Source: Patescibacteria group bacterium
Lineage (GTDB): Bacteria > Patescibacteriota > Kazan-3B-28 > UBA10110
Length of the DNA stretch: 36,694 nucleotides
Reading direction: 5' to 3'
Assembly (NCBI GenBank): GCA_018817805.1
Contig: JAHITC010000020.1
Coordinates: 1-36,694 of the forward strand
Shown: one piece after another, positions 1 through 9,252 of the stretch
Layout: each line of letters opens with the position of its first letter
Numbering within the stretch: position 1 is the first letter of the stretch
Position numbers and translations under genes: made by a program
Notes under the pieces: generated by a model
Databases searched by the model: none
Told to the model about the DNA's origin: nothing
The model's input: only the letters and a program-made list of their open reading frames with translations

Positions 1-1864
1 CGGTGTTTTTAAATACAACCGTTAGCGCCCCCATTTCTCCTCTATTAAGCTCGATATCACCCGAGCGGCTAATTAGCTCTACTTGGTAGTTTGATGTTTC
101 TTCTTTCTTAACAGTTATATTCCAACTTAACGGTAAGTTGAGCCAACGAATATATTCTACTACCGGACTAAAATATTCCTTATATGTACCGGCTGATTTA
201 GTTTTAATATTAAAAGAGATTCTACCAACTTCTCCAGGATAAACCACTGCTTGCTCTAAGGTAGCTGCTCTATTGCCTGAAATCCAACTATCGTCAGCTA
301 ATGAACTCAACCTATCTTTAGGCTGGGTAGCACCTAACCTAAATTGATTTTTGTTATCACCCACTCCAAACCAAGGAACGTTACCAGTGTTCTTAAGTTC
401 AACCCATAGATTAGCGCTATCACCCGCGCTTAGAGTAAGATCAGGACTTTTACTAACTAAGTCCGCCTTATAAAGACTACTACTTAAGTTATTAAACTGA
501 ACAGTTACACTACCAAGCTCTGTGCCTAAAACTGCATCGATGAAAGTTAGTTGTTTTTCGCCCGGCAAATAGGAGCTTAAACGAAAACTAATTTTTCCTT
601 CACTGTCGGTTGCTCCCAAGTCTACTAGTTCTGCGGTGGTATCAATATCATTAATTCTTACTGGTCCATTCTTTATTCTTAGCCGTACTGACCGTGAGAT
701 AGCTACACTGTTGCCTGCTTTAATAGTAATAGTTACCTGGCTACTGTCCGTGCCGTTAGCCAACAAACTATTTGTAGAAGTTGCAATATTAGCGGTTATA
801 GCAACTGATTGGTTAATTGCATCTAACACCTTCCTTGCATCTACTAAACCACTGCCATATTCGAAAGTATTGCTACTGCCCAAAGTTGCAGCTTTTAAAA
901 GACTCTCGATTTGCGGGGGAGTTAAGCTCGAATTCTTAGCCAACATTAAAGACACTAGCCCTGTAATGTGAGCGGCAGCGTAAGATGTGCCAGAATATCT
1001 AGCATAAGTATCGTTTTCTTCGTAATGAGCAGCCGGTATATTCACGCCTGGCGCCATAATATCTAAATTGCTGCCATAATTCGAAAAGGATGCCCTTATG
1101 CCGACATCGTCAACTGCCCCCACTGCAATGGAGCTCGGATAGTTTGCAGGATAAAGCAACCCATTCTGGCTATTATTACCGGCAGCTGCAACTACAGTTA
1201 CTCCTTTGCTAATTGCATAATTTACTGCTGTCTCTAAATCACTATTTTCGATATAAGTACCAAAGCTCATGTTAATAACCCTGGCGCCATTATCGACTGC
1301 GTATCTAATTGCCGAAATTACATGGGTATATTCGCCGCCACCTAAAGAGTTTAGAGCTTTAAGCGCCATAATCTTAGCGTTCCAATTTATCCCAGCAATA
1401 CCCTTATTGTTATTAGTGCTCGCGGCGATGATGCTAGCCACACTAGTGCCATGCCCATTATTGTCTAGAATATCGTTAGTGTTATGTATGAAGTTATACC
1501 CATTAATATCATCGACATAACCATTGCCATCGTCATCGATGCCATTGTTCGCCACTTCTCTCTGATTAACCCATAGTTTATTAACTAGATCCTCATGTCC
1601 TGCGTTAATACCAGTGTCTATTAAAGCGACCACAAAAGAGTTGCCTGTAGTTATATCCCAAGCTGACTCAACTTTTAATTGCTTGAGATTGTCTTGCTGA
1701 ACAAACAAAGGATCATTAGCTGTTGCCTGAATTTGCAAGGGAGATTCCTCGGCTATTAATTTTGTTGGCATGCCAGTATTAGCTAGCTGAAACCCTGGCA
1801 TAGGCAAAGAAGCAAACCATGTCACCAACAACCAAGCGCCGAAAAGCAAACTAATTTTTTGCAT
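1..1864 (-). CDS. Secreted subtilisin-like serine protease (peptidase S8) with C-terminal Ig-like/NTG..W domains. The 3' end runs off the window.
   Basis: The ORF is missing from the track because the frame stays open to nt 1. Minus-strand translation from ATG 1864..1862 gives MQKISLLFGAWLLVTWFASLP (signal peptide). The S8 triad motifs follow: VVALIDTGIN (about 1600-1630), NGHGTSVASII (about 1433-1460) and YSGTSYAAAHITG (about 965-1000). Confidence 0.85.
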   Translation of the reverse strand, partial: MQKISLLFGAWLLVTWFASLPMPGFQLANTGMPTKLIAEESPLQIQATANDPLFVQQDNLKQLKVESAWDITTGNSFVVALIDTGINAGHEDLVNKLWVNQREVANNGIDDDGNGYVDDINGYNFIHNTNDILDNNGHGTSVASIIAASTNNNKGIAGINWNAKIMALKALNSLGGGEYTHVISAIRYAVDNGARVINMSFGTYIENSDLETAVNYAISKGVTVVAAAGNNSQNGLLYPANYPSSIAVGAVDDVGIRASFSNYGSNLDIMAPGVNIPAAHYEENDTYARYSGTSYAAAHITGLVSLMLAKNSSLTPPQIESLLKAATLGSSNTFEYGSGLVDARKVLDAINQSVAITANIATSTNSLLANGTDSSQVTITIKAGNSVAISRSVRLRIKNGPVRINDIDTTAELVDLGATDSEGKISFRLSSYLPGEKQLTFIDAVLGTELGSVTVQFNNLSSSLYKADLVSKSPDLTLSAGDSANLWVELKNTGNVPWFGVGDNKNQFRLGATQPKDRLSSLADDSWISGNRAATLEQAVVYPGEVGRISFNIKTKSAGTYKEYFSPVVEYIRWLNLPLSWNITVKKEETSNYQVELISRSGDIELNRGEMGALTVVFKNT

Positions 1865-1899
1865 AAATAATTGATTACTTACCCAGCAGAACATCGCAG

Positions 1900-1973
1900 T
1901 GGTGGGCCCAGAAGGGATCGAACCTTCGTCCCCAGCTTAAAAGGCTGTTGCTCTACCATTGAGCTATGGGCCC
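1900..1973 (-). tRNA. tRNA-Lys (anticodon UUU), CCA encoded
   Basis: The reverse complement is gggcccatagctcaatggtagagcaacagccttttaagctggggacgaaggttcgatcccttctgggcccacca. It folds as a cloverleaf with anticodon loop CTTTTAA, T-loop TTCGATC and a 3' ACCA. Confidence 0.9.
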
Positions 1974-2017
1974 AGGATAAATCTACAGGGTACTATCCAA
2001 TTATATCTTATCCTGGC

Positions 2018-2926
2018 TTATAAATTGTTTAAAGAGACGCCAAAGAATTTTTCTAAACTAAAATCTGAGGTTACTACAGCTGGTGGCTTGATGTCGATAG
2101 GGAGATTGAATTGACTTAGATTTAGCTCAAATTTAAAGTTTGGTAGATCAGCTTCTGTATTATTAAGGCTAGTAATTTTTAACTTTACTGGACTAAAGTT
2201 CTTTTTAGTAATCCATAGATCAAAACTACTATCCTCGCCCAACCTAATGAAGTAGGGAATATCTATAGATATCCTATTATTAGTAGTTTTGGCTAAACCT
2301 TCAAGGAAAGTACGTAGACCAGGAGTATTAATCTTAGCTTTAAAGTGATAGGATGTAAAATTATTTATCACTTCCTCTGGAAGAATCTGGGTAACAGTGA
2401 ATAGGTTAGCTTCGGTAACTAACTCACGAATTTTAACCATTTCACTGTCGCTGATCGGTTTATTGCTGCCTCCTAGGGTATTTTCACCAGTTAAACCGGA
2501 TTTTTTAATCTTATACCACTTGTCATCAGCCGCTAATGAAAAAGGTAACCCTAGCGGCATGGAGATATCGGTAACCTTAAAGTAACTGTACTCAGACAGG
2601 CTGCGAAGCTCAGCCCCAATCCTAGTGCTTCCTTCTGCGCTTGTGCCACTAACGTTTAAATTGGCGCTGTATCTAAGATCGTCGGCACTAGTTAGATCTA
2701 TTTGACCAACAGCATCAACACTGAGATCGTTCAAACCATTAAAGGCCACCGAGCGAGAGGCCCCAACCAAACTAAACTGTCCAGCAAAATTAACCTGTTT
2801 GATTTCGCTAGAAAACTTCATCATCGAAACCAAAATATTTTCAGGTTCTATCTGTTGCTGGCAACCCACTAAAACAAAGAGGCCTAGCAGTAACACAGTT
2901 AATAAAGTTAGAGAGATTCGCTTCAT
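2018..2926 (-). CDS. Putative lipoprotein, function unknown
   Basis: 302-aa ORF. The N-terminus MKRISLTLLTVLLLGLFVLVGCQQ is a lipoprotein signal peptide with an LVGC lipobox. I recognise no catalytic motif. Confidence 0.6.
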   Translation of the reverse strand: MKRISLTLLTVLLLGLFVLVGCQQQIEPENILVSMMKFSSEIKQVNFAGQFSLVGASRSVAFNGLNDLSVDAVGQIDLTSADDLRYSANLNVSGTSAEGSTRIGAELRSLSEYSYFKVTDISMPLGLPFSLAADDKWYKIKKSGLTGENTLGGSNKPISDSEMVKIRELVTEANLFTVTQILPEEVINNFTSYHFKAKINTPGLRTFLEGLAKTTNNRISIDIPYFIRLGEDSSFDLWITKKNFSPVKLKITSLNNTEADLPNFKFELNLSQFNLPIDIKPPAVVTSDFSLEKFFGVSLNNL

Positions 2927-3006
2927 AGATACAACTTAAACGTGCTTCTATGATATTCCACGAGCCATAACAATGCAAAAGTAAGTATAATAGAAGTGGA
3001 GAAAAA

Positions 3007-3537
3007 ATGTTAAAAACGATTACCTCTATACTCAAATCGAAACTGGTCGATTGGGAAAGCAGCAAAACCATCGGCGTAGTTTCAAATTGGGTAGTTGACC
3101 CTGTTCAGAAAAAAATTAGTGCTCTAATTGTTAACCCGCCAGGAATATTTAAAAAAACCTTAGTGGTAACTACCACTGATGTTGTTGAATACGGACCGGG
3201 CATGGTTGTAGTCCGTAATCAAAATACAATAGTCCCTGTCCAAGAAGTGGTTGGTTTAGATAAATTGGTTAAAAACAAACAGAGGATTATTGGCTGTGAG
3301 GTAGTTACTCAATCCGGTAAACGGCTGGGGGTAACAGAAGATCTGCTCTTCGAGACCACCGATTCGACTATTCAAAAAATATATATCCATCCTCGCATCT
3401 TAGATATATTAAAATCTCATGATTTAATTATTGGAGCTGATAAAATTGTAGAAATTAAACCTAAACGCATCATCGTGCGCGATGATGCGTTAGATGGATC
3501 CATAAAAGAATTTATTAGAAGTAATGCTATTAGCTAA
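3007..3537 (+). CDS. PRC-barrel domain protein (two PRC-like repeats)
   Basis: 176-aa ORF with a GGAG 7 nt upstream of the ATG. Two repeats have the form L.G..V....G..lG.v.d...d (LVDWESSKTIGVVSNWVVDP and IIGCEVVTQSGKRLGVTEDLLFE), typical of YlmC/YmxH-like PRC barrels. Confidence 0.5.
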   Translation: MLKTITSILKSKLVDWESSKTIGVVSNWVVDPVQKKISALIVNPPGIFKKTLVVTTTDVVEYGPGMVVVRNQNTIVPVQEVVGLDKLVKNKQRIIGCEVVTQSGKRLGVTEDLLFETTDSTIQKIYIHPRILDILKSHDLIIGADKIVEIKPKRIIVRDDALDGSIKEFIRSNAIS

Positions 3538-4229
3538 TACCTAATTACTACCCCAAACTTCTGCAGTTCTTGTCTGGCTGCTTTTTGATTCGGAAGAGTA
3601 TTAATTTTTTGAAATTCTTTTTTTAGATTTGTAGAAGATAGCCGATGGACTAGGTGACCCCACTTCTTTAAGGCTTTGGCAGTTTCAGGAGCATATTTTA
3701 AACCTAAACTACATTTAAACCGTACTGCCCGAAGCACCCTTACTGGGTCTTCTTTAATGCGGAGCTCACCATCACCAATAAACCGCAGGATCTTATTTTT
3801 TAAATCTGCCACTCCATTCACAGGGTCATTAATCTTTCCTGTCTTAGGGTTAAAATATATTGCGTTAATTGTAAAATCACGGCGCTGGGCATCTAGCACT
3901 AGATCTTCGGTGAAAACAATTTTTCTGGGGGTTCTTTTAATGTGATCGAATTCTGCATCGTAGATATCTTGGCGAAAAGTTGTTACTTCATATTCACTGC
4001 CTTGCCATTTAAAAGACACCACTCCAAAATTTCGATTTACCTGAGTAGGAATAATTTTTTGTCGATGCAAAACAGCTACCACCTGATAAGGCAGGGCACT
4101 GGTAGCAATGTCGATATCATTTAGATCTTTTGAATCTTTCATTAATCGACTACGGGACTGGTTGCCAACCAAATAAGCCTTGGCTCCTTTGGTTTGCATC
4201 CAAACTACTGGTTCATAACGAATATCCAC
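3534..4229 (-). CDS. Class II tRNA nucleotidyltransferase / poly(A) polymerase family protein, head and neck domains only (231 aa)
   Basis: Motifs seen: DIDIAT (the DxD carboxylates), FGVVSF..YEVTTFRQD, RRDFTINAIYFN, and RFIGDGELRIKEDPVRVLRAVRF (EDxxR nucleotide-selection motif). The Gly-Gly motif is degenerate (LVGNQSRSRL instead of LVGGxVRD). Confidence 0.75.
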   Translation of the reverse strand: MDIRYEPVVWMQTKGAKAYLVGNQSRSRLMKDSKDLNDIDIATSALPYQVVAVLHRQKIIPTQVNRNFGVVSFKWQGSEYEVTTFRQDIYDAEFDHIKRTPRKIVFTEDLVLDAQRRDFTINAIYFNPKTGKINDPVNGVADLKNKILRFIGDGELRIKEDPVRVLRAVRFKCSLGLKYAPETAKALKKWGHLVHRLSSTNLKKEFQKINTLPNQKAARQELQKFGVVIRY

Positions 4230-4233
4230 TCTT

Positions 4234-5013
4234 TTATTCTAGCCCAAATAATGCTTTCGCGTTATTGGTTGTAAAATGCATTGTTTCAGATAAGCTGCAC
4301 TGTTTAATCTCTGCCACAGCTTTGGCAACTTCAATAACATGCATTGGTTCGTTCCTTTTGCCTCGGTAAACCTGTGGGGTTAAGTATGGTGCATCGGTTT
4401 CTATTAACAGGCGGTCTTCTGGGCATAGCTTAACTGCCGCTACTAAATTTTGATTGTTTGGATAAGTAACCATCCCATTAATACCAATGTAAAATTCGCG
4501 CTTAAGAAATTCTTGCAGGTAATTTGTGCTTGATGAAAAAGAATGTATAACACCAATGGGATGATTTTTTTCAGATAAATAAACTTCGTCTAATATTTCT
4601 AAAACATCGCCATAAGCATCGCGACAATGGATAACTACTGGTTTCTTTAATTTGAGTGCTAATTTTAATTGACCCACAAAAGCAGTCCGCTGAGCATCTC
4701 TAGTAGATAAATTCCGGAAATAGTCTAACCCAATCTCTCCAATGGCTACTACCTTCGAGTCGCGGGCTAAATTCTCTAATTCTAAACTTAGTTTGTCGTT
4801 AAACAATCTAGCATCATGAGGATGCAGACCAACAGTGGCAAAAATGTTGCCGTAGCGATGAGCCAAATTTAAACTTTCCCTGGAAGAGGGGAAATCGGTA
4901 CCAACATTAATTAATTTTTCAACACCAGCTTCAAAACTACGCGCTATAACAGCTTCTAGGTCCTTATGATAAGGAGAAAAGTTTAAGTGACAATGGGTAT
5001 CTACATAGCTCAT
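4234..5013 (-). CDS. TatD-family metal-dependent hydrolase/DNase
   Basis: MSYVDTHCHLNF, GLHPHD and IGEIGLDY are typical TatD motifs. I prefer ATG 5013..5011, which forms an ATGA overlap with the upstream stop, over the track's TTG at 5031. Confidence 0.85.
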   Translation of the reverse strand: MSYVDTHCHLNFSPYHKDLEAVIARSFEAGVEKLINVGTDFPSSRESLNLAHRYGNIFATVGLHPHDARLFNDKLSLELENLARDSKVVAIGEIGLDYFRNLSTRDAQRTAFVGQLKLALKLKKPVVIHCRDAYGDVLEILDEVYLSEKNHPIGVIHSFSSSTNYLQEFLKREFYIGINGMVTYPNNQNLVAAVKLCPEDRLLIETDAPYLTPQVYRGKRNEPMHVIEVAKAVAEIKQCSLSETMHFTTNNAKALFGLE

Positions 5014-5849
5014 GAGAAGAAGATTACCCAAACTACTAATAGAACTATTGCAACGCTAGCGACCACATTCTTCCAAAGCAACTTTTCTTTTAAGAAGATT
5101 ACTGATAAAGCATACACCAAAATGGGGGACAAAATAATTACAAAAATTGTATCACTGATTCCGGATAGTTTATATGAAGTGTAAATTAAAGAGTTAACAG
5201 CTAGTGCTCCTGCGCCTAAAAATACAAAATATGGAAGTTGTTTAAGGGTGATCATGGGTATGCGACCTTTTTCCAAAATCCAAATAAAGAGCGCAGTAGT
5301 AATAACTCTAACTAGATACAGCGCAACTGGAGAATAAACCACTAATAATTGTTTAATAACCACTGCTTCTAAGCCGAACAGTAACGAGAATCCCAACACA
5401 GCTAAGATTGGCTTACCTAAAGATATATGGTGTTTCTTAATATGCGACCAAGCCAATAAGCCAGCTGCTATTATTACTGCCGAATAAAGCTGCCACGAGC
5501 GTTCGTCTGGATAGAATAAGCTAGCGATAAGAATTGTGACTAGGGGATTAAACAAAAAGAAGGGCTCAACATTAGCTAATTGCTCGTTTCGCAACCCGTA
5601 GTAATATAGATAGTTATAATTAGCGGCCAAAAATGTCATCAGCACGATGAGCACTAAGTAATGTGGTGTAAAAGCTGCATGCTCGATTTGCACTAGCCAA
5701 GGCGAGAACATGAGACCAAAGATAGTAACCCAAACAAATATCCACCACGCTAACATCCGTGGAGATATTTGTCTAAACACATTAAAGACCCGCTTAACGG
5801 TGATTCTGTCTACGGCATCGATAACGGCTGCAATGAATGGATAGATCAT
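5010..5849 (-). CDS. EamA/DMT-family integral membrane transporter
   Basis: 279 aa, about 10 hydrophobic segments and a two-repeat EamA-like layout. ATGA overlaps occur at both ends (5846..5849 and 5010..5013). Confidence 0.6.
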   Translation of the reverse strand: MIYPFIAAVIDAVDRITVKRVFNVFRQISPRMLAWWIFVWVTIFGLMFSPWLVQIEHAAFTPHYLVLIVLMTFLAANYNYLYYYGLRNEQLANVEPFFLFNPLVTILIASLFYPDERSWQLYSAVIIAAGLLAWSHIKKHHISLGKPILAVLGFSLLFGLEAVVIKQLLVVYSPVALYLVRVITTALFIWILEKGRIPMITLKQLPYFVFLGAGALAVNSLIYTSYKLSGISDTIFVIILSPILVYALSVIFLKEKLLWKNVVASVAIVLLVVWVIFFS

Positions 5850-7366
5850 GTAGAAGTTTCTTCTTTAGGAAATAGGATTTCTGGTTTACCAATTGAACTT
5901 CCTGGCAACATGCCACCCCACTTTTGCAGAGTAGTTAAATCACAACTGTTTTCATTAATTGGTGTTGCACCAAGTTGAGTTAAAACACGATTGGCGGTGT
6001 CTGGCAAAAAAGGATATAACATTATTCCAATTTGCCTTAGCCCTTCGAGCAGGCGATATAATACCTTGGGTAGTTTAGCGTCTTCATTTTTAGCTAACAC
6101 CCAGGGTTTCTCTTGGTCGACATATTGGTTCATAGTTTTAATCAGTTCTCCAATGATCTGAATTGAACGATTAAAATCTAGCTCATCCATAGATTGTCGT
6201 AGAGTTTGCCAAATCTTATCAACAGACCAAAGATCATCTGCTAAATCGGGTACCTGTGAGTTCTTATATTTCTCGACCATAGTTAAACTTCGAGACAATA
6301 AGTTGCCTAGATTATTAGCTAATTCGCTGTTATATATTTCGGCTAATCTACTCCATGAAAAATCGCCATCATCGGTAGCAGGAATTTCTTTTAACAAGTA
6401 GTATCTCAGCACATCGGTGCCATATTTTGCAACTATCTCTTCGGGAGCTACTACGTTGCCCAAGCTCTTGCTCATTTTTCTCCCTCCAGAACCAATGAAC
6501 CCATGAATAAAGATTTTCTTAGGTAATGCCAACCCTGCAGACAAAAGCATTCCTGGCCAAATGGCGGTATGAAACCTGGAGATATCTTTGCCAAGCATAT
6601 GTAAGTCCGCTGGCCACCAACTTTGAAACTCACCTTCATCTCTACCATACCCAATTGCGCTGATATAGTTTGATAGCGCGTCGCACCACACATACATTGT
6701 TTGAGAAGGATCATCTGGAACTGGTATACCCCAAGGCAATTTATCTGCCGGACGTGAAAAACTAATATCTGTTAGTCCTTTTTCAATTACATTTAAAATT
6801 TCTCTAGCCCTACCAACAGGAATAATTTTGAACTCGCCACTATGAATTGCATCTGCTATTTGACCAGCATATTTTGATAACCTAAAAAAGTAATTCTCCT
6901 CTTCAATAACTTCAGGAGGGGTTAGATGAATTGGACATTTCTCTTCTACTAAATCTTTTTCAGTAACAAATGCTTCACAACCAACACAGTAGAATCCGCG
7001 ATATTCACTTTTATAGATATCTCCGCTTTCTACCAACTTTTGCCAAAGCGCCTTGGCGCCTGGCCAGTGCCGGACTTGGTCGCTAGTTCTAATAAAATCG
7101 TCGTTAGATAAGTTTAAAACTGTTTTAAGGCCCGAGAAGGCCTCCGAGTTCTGCTGGCTAAGCACTTCTGGGGTTACCCCTGCCTCAGCAGCAATTTGGG
7201 CGATTTTGCTGCCATGTTCGTCGGTACCAGTTAAAAAGAATACTGTATCACCAAACAACCGATGCCAACGAGCAACAGCATCTGCCTGCACCATCTCTAA
7301 AGCATGCCCGATATGAGGCTTGCTGTTAATATAAGGGAGGGAAGTAGTGATATAAAATTTACTCAT
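5846..7366 (-). CDS. metG: Methionyl-tRNA synthetase (short form without the C-terminal tRNA-binding domain)
   Basis: MSKFYITTSLPYINSKPHIGH (HIGH motif), KMSKSLGN (KMSKS motif) and a CxxC..C knuckle (YCVGCEAF..KCP). The start is placed at ATG 7366; the track's 21-aa N-terminal extension is not homologous. Confidence 0.95.
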   Translation of the reverse strand: MSKFYITTSLPYINSKPHIGHALEMVQADAVARWHRLFGDTVFFLTGTDEHGSKIAQIAAEAGVTPEVLSQQNSEAFSGLKTVLNLSNDDFIRTSDQVRHWPGAKALWQKLVESGDIYKSEYRGFYCVGCEAFVTEKDLVEEKCPIHLTPPEVIEEENYFFRLSKYAGQIADAIHSGEFKIIPVGRAREILNVIEKGLTDISFSRPADKLPWGIPVPDDPSQTMYVWCDALSNYISAIGYGRDEGEFQSWWPADLHMLGKDISRFHTAIWPGMLLSAGLALPKKIFIHGFIGSGGRKMSKSLGNVVAPEEIVAKYGTDVLRYYLLKEIPATDDGDFSWSRLAEIYNSELANNLGNLLSRSLTMVEKYKNSQVPDLADDLWSVDKIWQTLRQSMDELDFNRSIQIIGELIKTMNQYVDQEKPWVLAKNEDAKLPKVLYRLLEGLRQIGIMLYPFLPDTANRVLTQLGATPINENSCDLTTLQKWGGMLPGSSIGKPEILFPKEETST

Positions 7367-7422
7367 AAAATTGCTCTGTTGGCGAAAAAATAACAACCCT
7401 ATTATATATTTTCCAAGCATAT

Positions 7423-8058
7423 ATGCCAAAGATAACTAAGATTACTGTTCAGGTTAAACAACCAAGTCGAATGAATATTTTTGTTGATGATAAGTTCTTT
7501 ACCGGCTTAGACCAACTCTACTGCATTCAATATGGCCTTAGAATGGGGCAAGAGGTTAGTGCCCAGTTTTGCGAAAAGATTTTAAAAATTGATCAAGCAG
7601 AAACCGTATATAAAAAAGCTTTAAAACTTTTAGCTATTCGACCACAAAGCACTTTTGAAATTAGACAAAAACTTCGCCAACGTGAGTTTGCTGCTAATCA
7701 TATTGAACAAACCGTTAGTCGCTTAGAAAAAAATAATTTATTAAACGACGATGAGTTTGCTATTAGCTGGATTAAACATCGATTAGAAAATCGCTTACGT
7801 AGCACCCAGCATTTAATTAGCGAGCTTCGTCAAAAGGGAATAGCAAAACTCACTATTCAATCAGCAATAGAACAAACGAACATGGCTGACCAAGAGTTAT
7901 TGATAGCCACAAAGTTATTACAAGCTAAGCTCAGGCAAACCAAACTACCCATTAACAAGGTTAAAGTTAGGGGGTATCTGTCTCGCAGAGGTTTTAGTTA
8001 TGGCACAATTTTAGCTGCTGAAAAAATTCTAGCTAGCAATGCCGAGGATGCGGCCTAA
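7423..8058 (+). CDS. recX: RecX family recombination regulator
   Basis: 211 aa with three-helix repeat signatures (RPQSTFEIRQKLRQREF, IEQTVSRLEKNNLLNDDEFA, YLSRRGFSYGTI). Confidence 0.8.
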   Translation: MPKITKITVQVKQPSRMNIFVDDKFFTGLDQLYCIQYGLRMGQEVSAQFCEKILKIDQAETVYKKALKLLAIRPQSTFEIRQKLRQREFAANHIEQTVSRLEKNNLLNDDEFAISWIKHRLENRLRSTQHLISELRQKGIAKLTIQSAIEQTNMADQELLIATKLLQAKLRQTKLPINKVKVRGYLSRRGFSYGTILAAEKILASNAEDAA

Positions 8059-8292
8059 CCTCTCTTGGTCGAAACCAACTACTATTTCTTCAGTTTTATC
8101 AGCTAAAGTAATAATGCTAACAGGCACACCCATCTGGCCAGTTTTTTGAATCATCTCTTGGCCTAAGCTAGGGTCGGTGGATAAATTAATTTCTTGGTAA
8201 GAAACCTCATGGCGATCAAGCCAGTCTTTTAAAAGTTTGCAATAGACACAAACAGTAGTGGAATAAACCTTGTATTCTTTAACTTTATTCAT
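8029..8292 (-). CDS. Glutaredoxin-like protein (NrdH/YruB type)
   Basis: 87 aa. Contains KVYSTTVCVYCKLLKDWL (CxxC redox motif) and a GVPV..G thioredoxin-fold signature. Confidence 0.7.
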   Translation of the reverse strand: MNKVKEYKVYSTTVCVYCKLLKDWLDRHEVSYQEINLSTDPSLGQEMIQKTGQMGVPVSIITLADKTEEIVVGFDQERLGRILGIAS

Positions 8293-9247
8293 TGGTAGTA
8301 GTTATTAATAACTTAGCACGAATTTGTTCTAGCATGTCGATTGTCATCTTAGAAATATTATAATCTGGTTGCCAACCCCATTCCGACCTTGCTGCCGAAT
8401 CGTCGATAGATTTAGGCCAGGTGTTTGCAATAATTTGCCTACTATCTGGTAAACAATCGCACTCAAAGGCCGGTATGTGTTTTTTAATTTCGGTGGCTAA
8501 CTCCGCAGGTGAAAAACTCATCGCAGCTAAATTGTAACAACGATGCTTTAATTGGCTTGCATCTGCTTGCATTAGATTAATGGTAGCTTTTAAACAATCG
8601 GGCATATACATCATCGGCAAAACTGTGTCGCTGCTAACAAAAGAAGTGTAGCAACCATTTTTAATGGCGTCGTAGAAAATAGCTACCGCCCAATCGGTGG
8701 TTCCACCACCTGGCATGGTTTGGTGGCTAATAATTCCTGGATATCTAATGCTACGCACATCCAAGTTATGAGTTTGATGATAATATTCGCAAAGTAGTTC
8801 TCCTGCCACTTTAGTTAAGCCATACATTGTCTTTGGTCGCATAATAGTTTCGTTGGGAGTATTTACGCTAGGGGTTTCAGGACCAAAGACTGCAATTGAA
8901 CTAGGCCAAAAAACTTGTTTAACTTTATTCTCTACGGCACAATCTAAAACAGTTTTTAATCCGTTTAAGTTTACCTGCCACGCTAGATCGGGGTTCTTTT
9001 CTCCGGTAGCTGAAAGTAATGCCGCTAAATGATAAATTACATCAATCTGGTGTTCTTGAATAATATCATTCAAAGCTTGTTTGTTTGTAGCGTCGGCAAA
9101 TAAAAATGGGCCCGTTAGTAGATGAGATGGGGGAGTAGTTTTATGCCCCACGGCAATAACATTTTCATTGCCATAAATTTCTCGCAGCCGAGGGACTAGC
9201 TCAGACCCAATTTGACCAGTGGCCCCAATTACCAAAATCTTTTGCAT
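8285..9247 (-). CDS. NAD-dependent epimerase/dehydratase-fold SDR, L-threonine 3-dehydrogenase-like
   Basis: GATGQIGSEL Rossmann motif and YGLTKVAGELLCEYY (YxxxK). RYPGIIS..PGGGTTDWAV closely resembles the SDR-type threonine dehydrogenase signature. Confidence 0.65.
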   Translation of the reverse strand: MQKILVIGATGQIGSELVPRLREIYGNENVIAVGHKTTPPSHLLTGPFLFADATNKQALNDIIQEHQIDVIYHLAALLSATGEKNPDLAWQVNLNGLKTVLDCAVENKVKQVFWPSSIAVFGPETPSVNTPNETIMRPKTMYGLTKVAGELLCEYYHQTHNLDVRSIRYPGIISHQTMPGGGTTDWAVAIFYDAIKNGCYTSFVSSDTVLPMMYMPDCLKATINLMQADASQLKHRCYNLAAMSFSPAELATEIKKHIPAFECDCLPDSRQIIANTWPKSIDDSAARSEWGWQPDYNISKMTIDMLEQIRAKLLITTTNE

Positions 9248-9252
9248 AGTTT

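Noticed and set aside
636-1520. Plus-strand ORFs 636..971 and 1269..1520 from the track
   Set aside because: They lie antisense to an obvious S8 protease frame that carries the intact Asp/His/Ser motifs. They are hydrophobic low-complexity shadows without start signals.
7367-7429. 21-aa N-terminal extension of MetRS (and the 6-aa TTG extension of TatD at 5014..5031)
   Set aside because: Homology starts at MSKFYITT (MetRS) and MSYVDTHCH (TatD). The TatD ATG forms an ATGA overlap with the upstream stop, and the MetRS extension would overlap the recX start.
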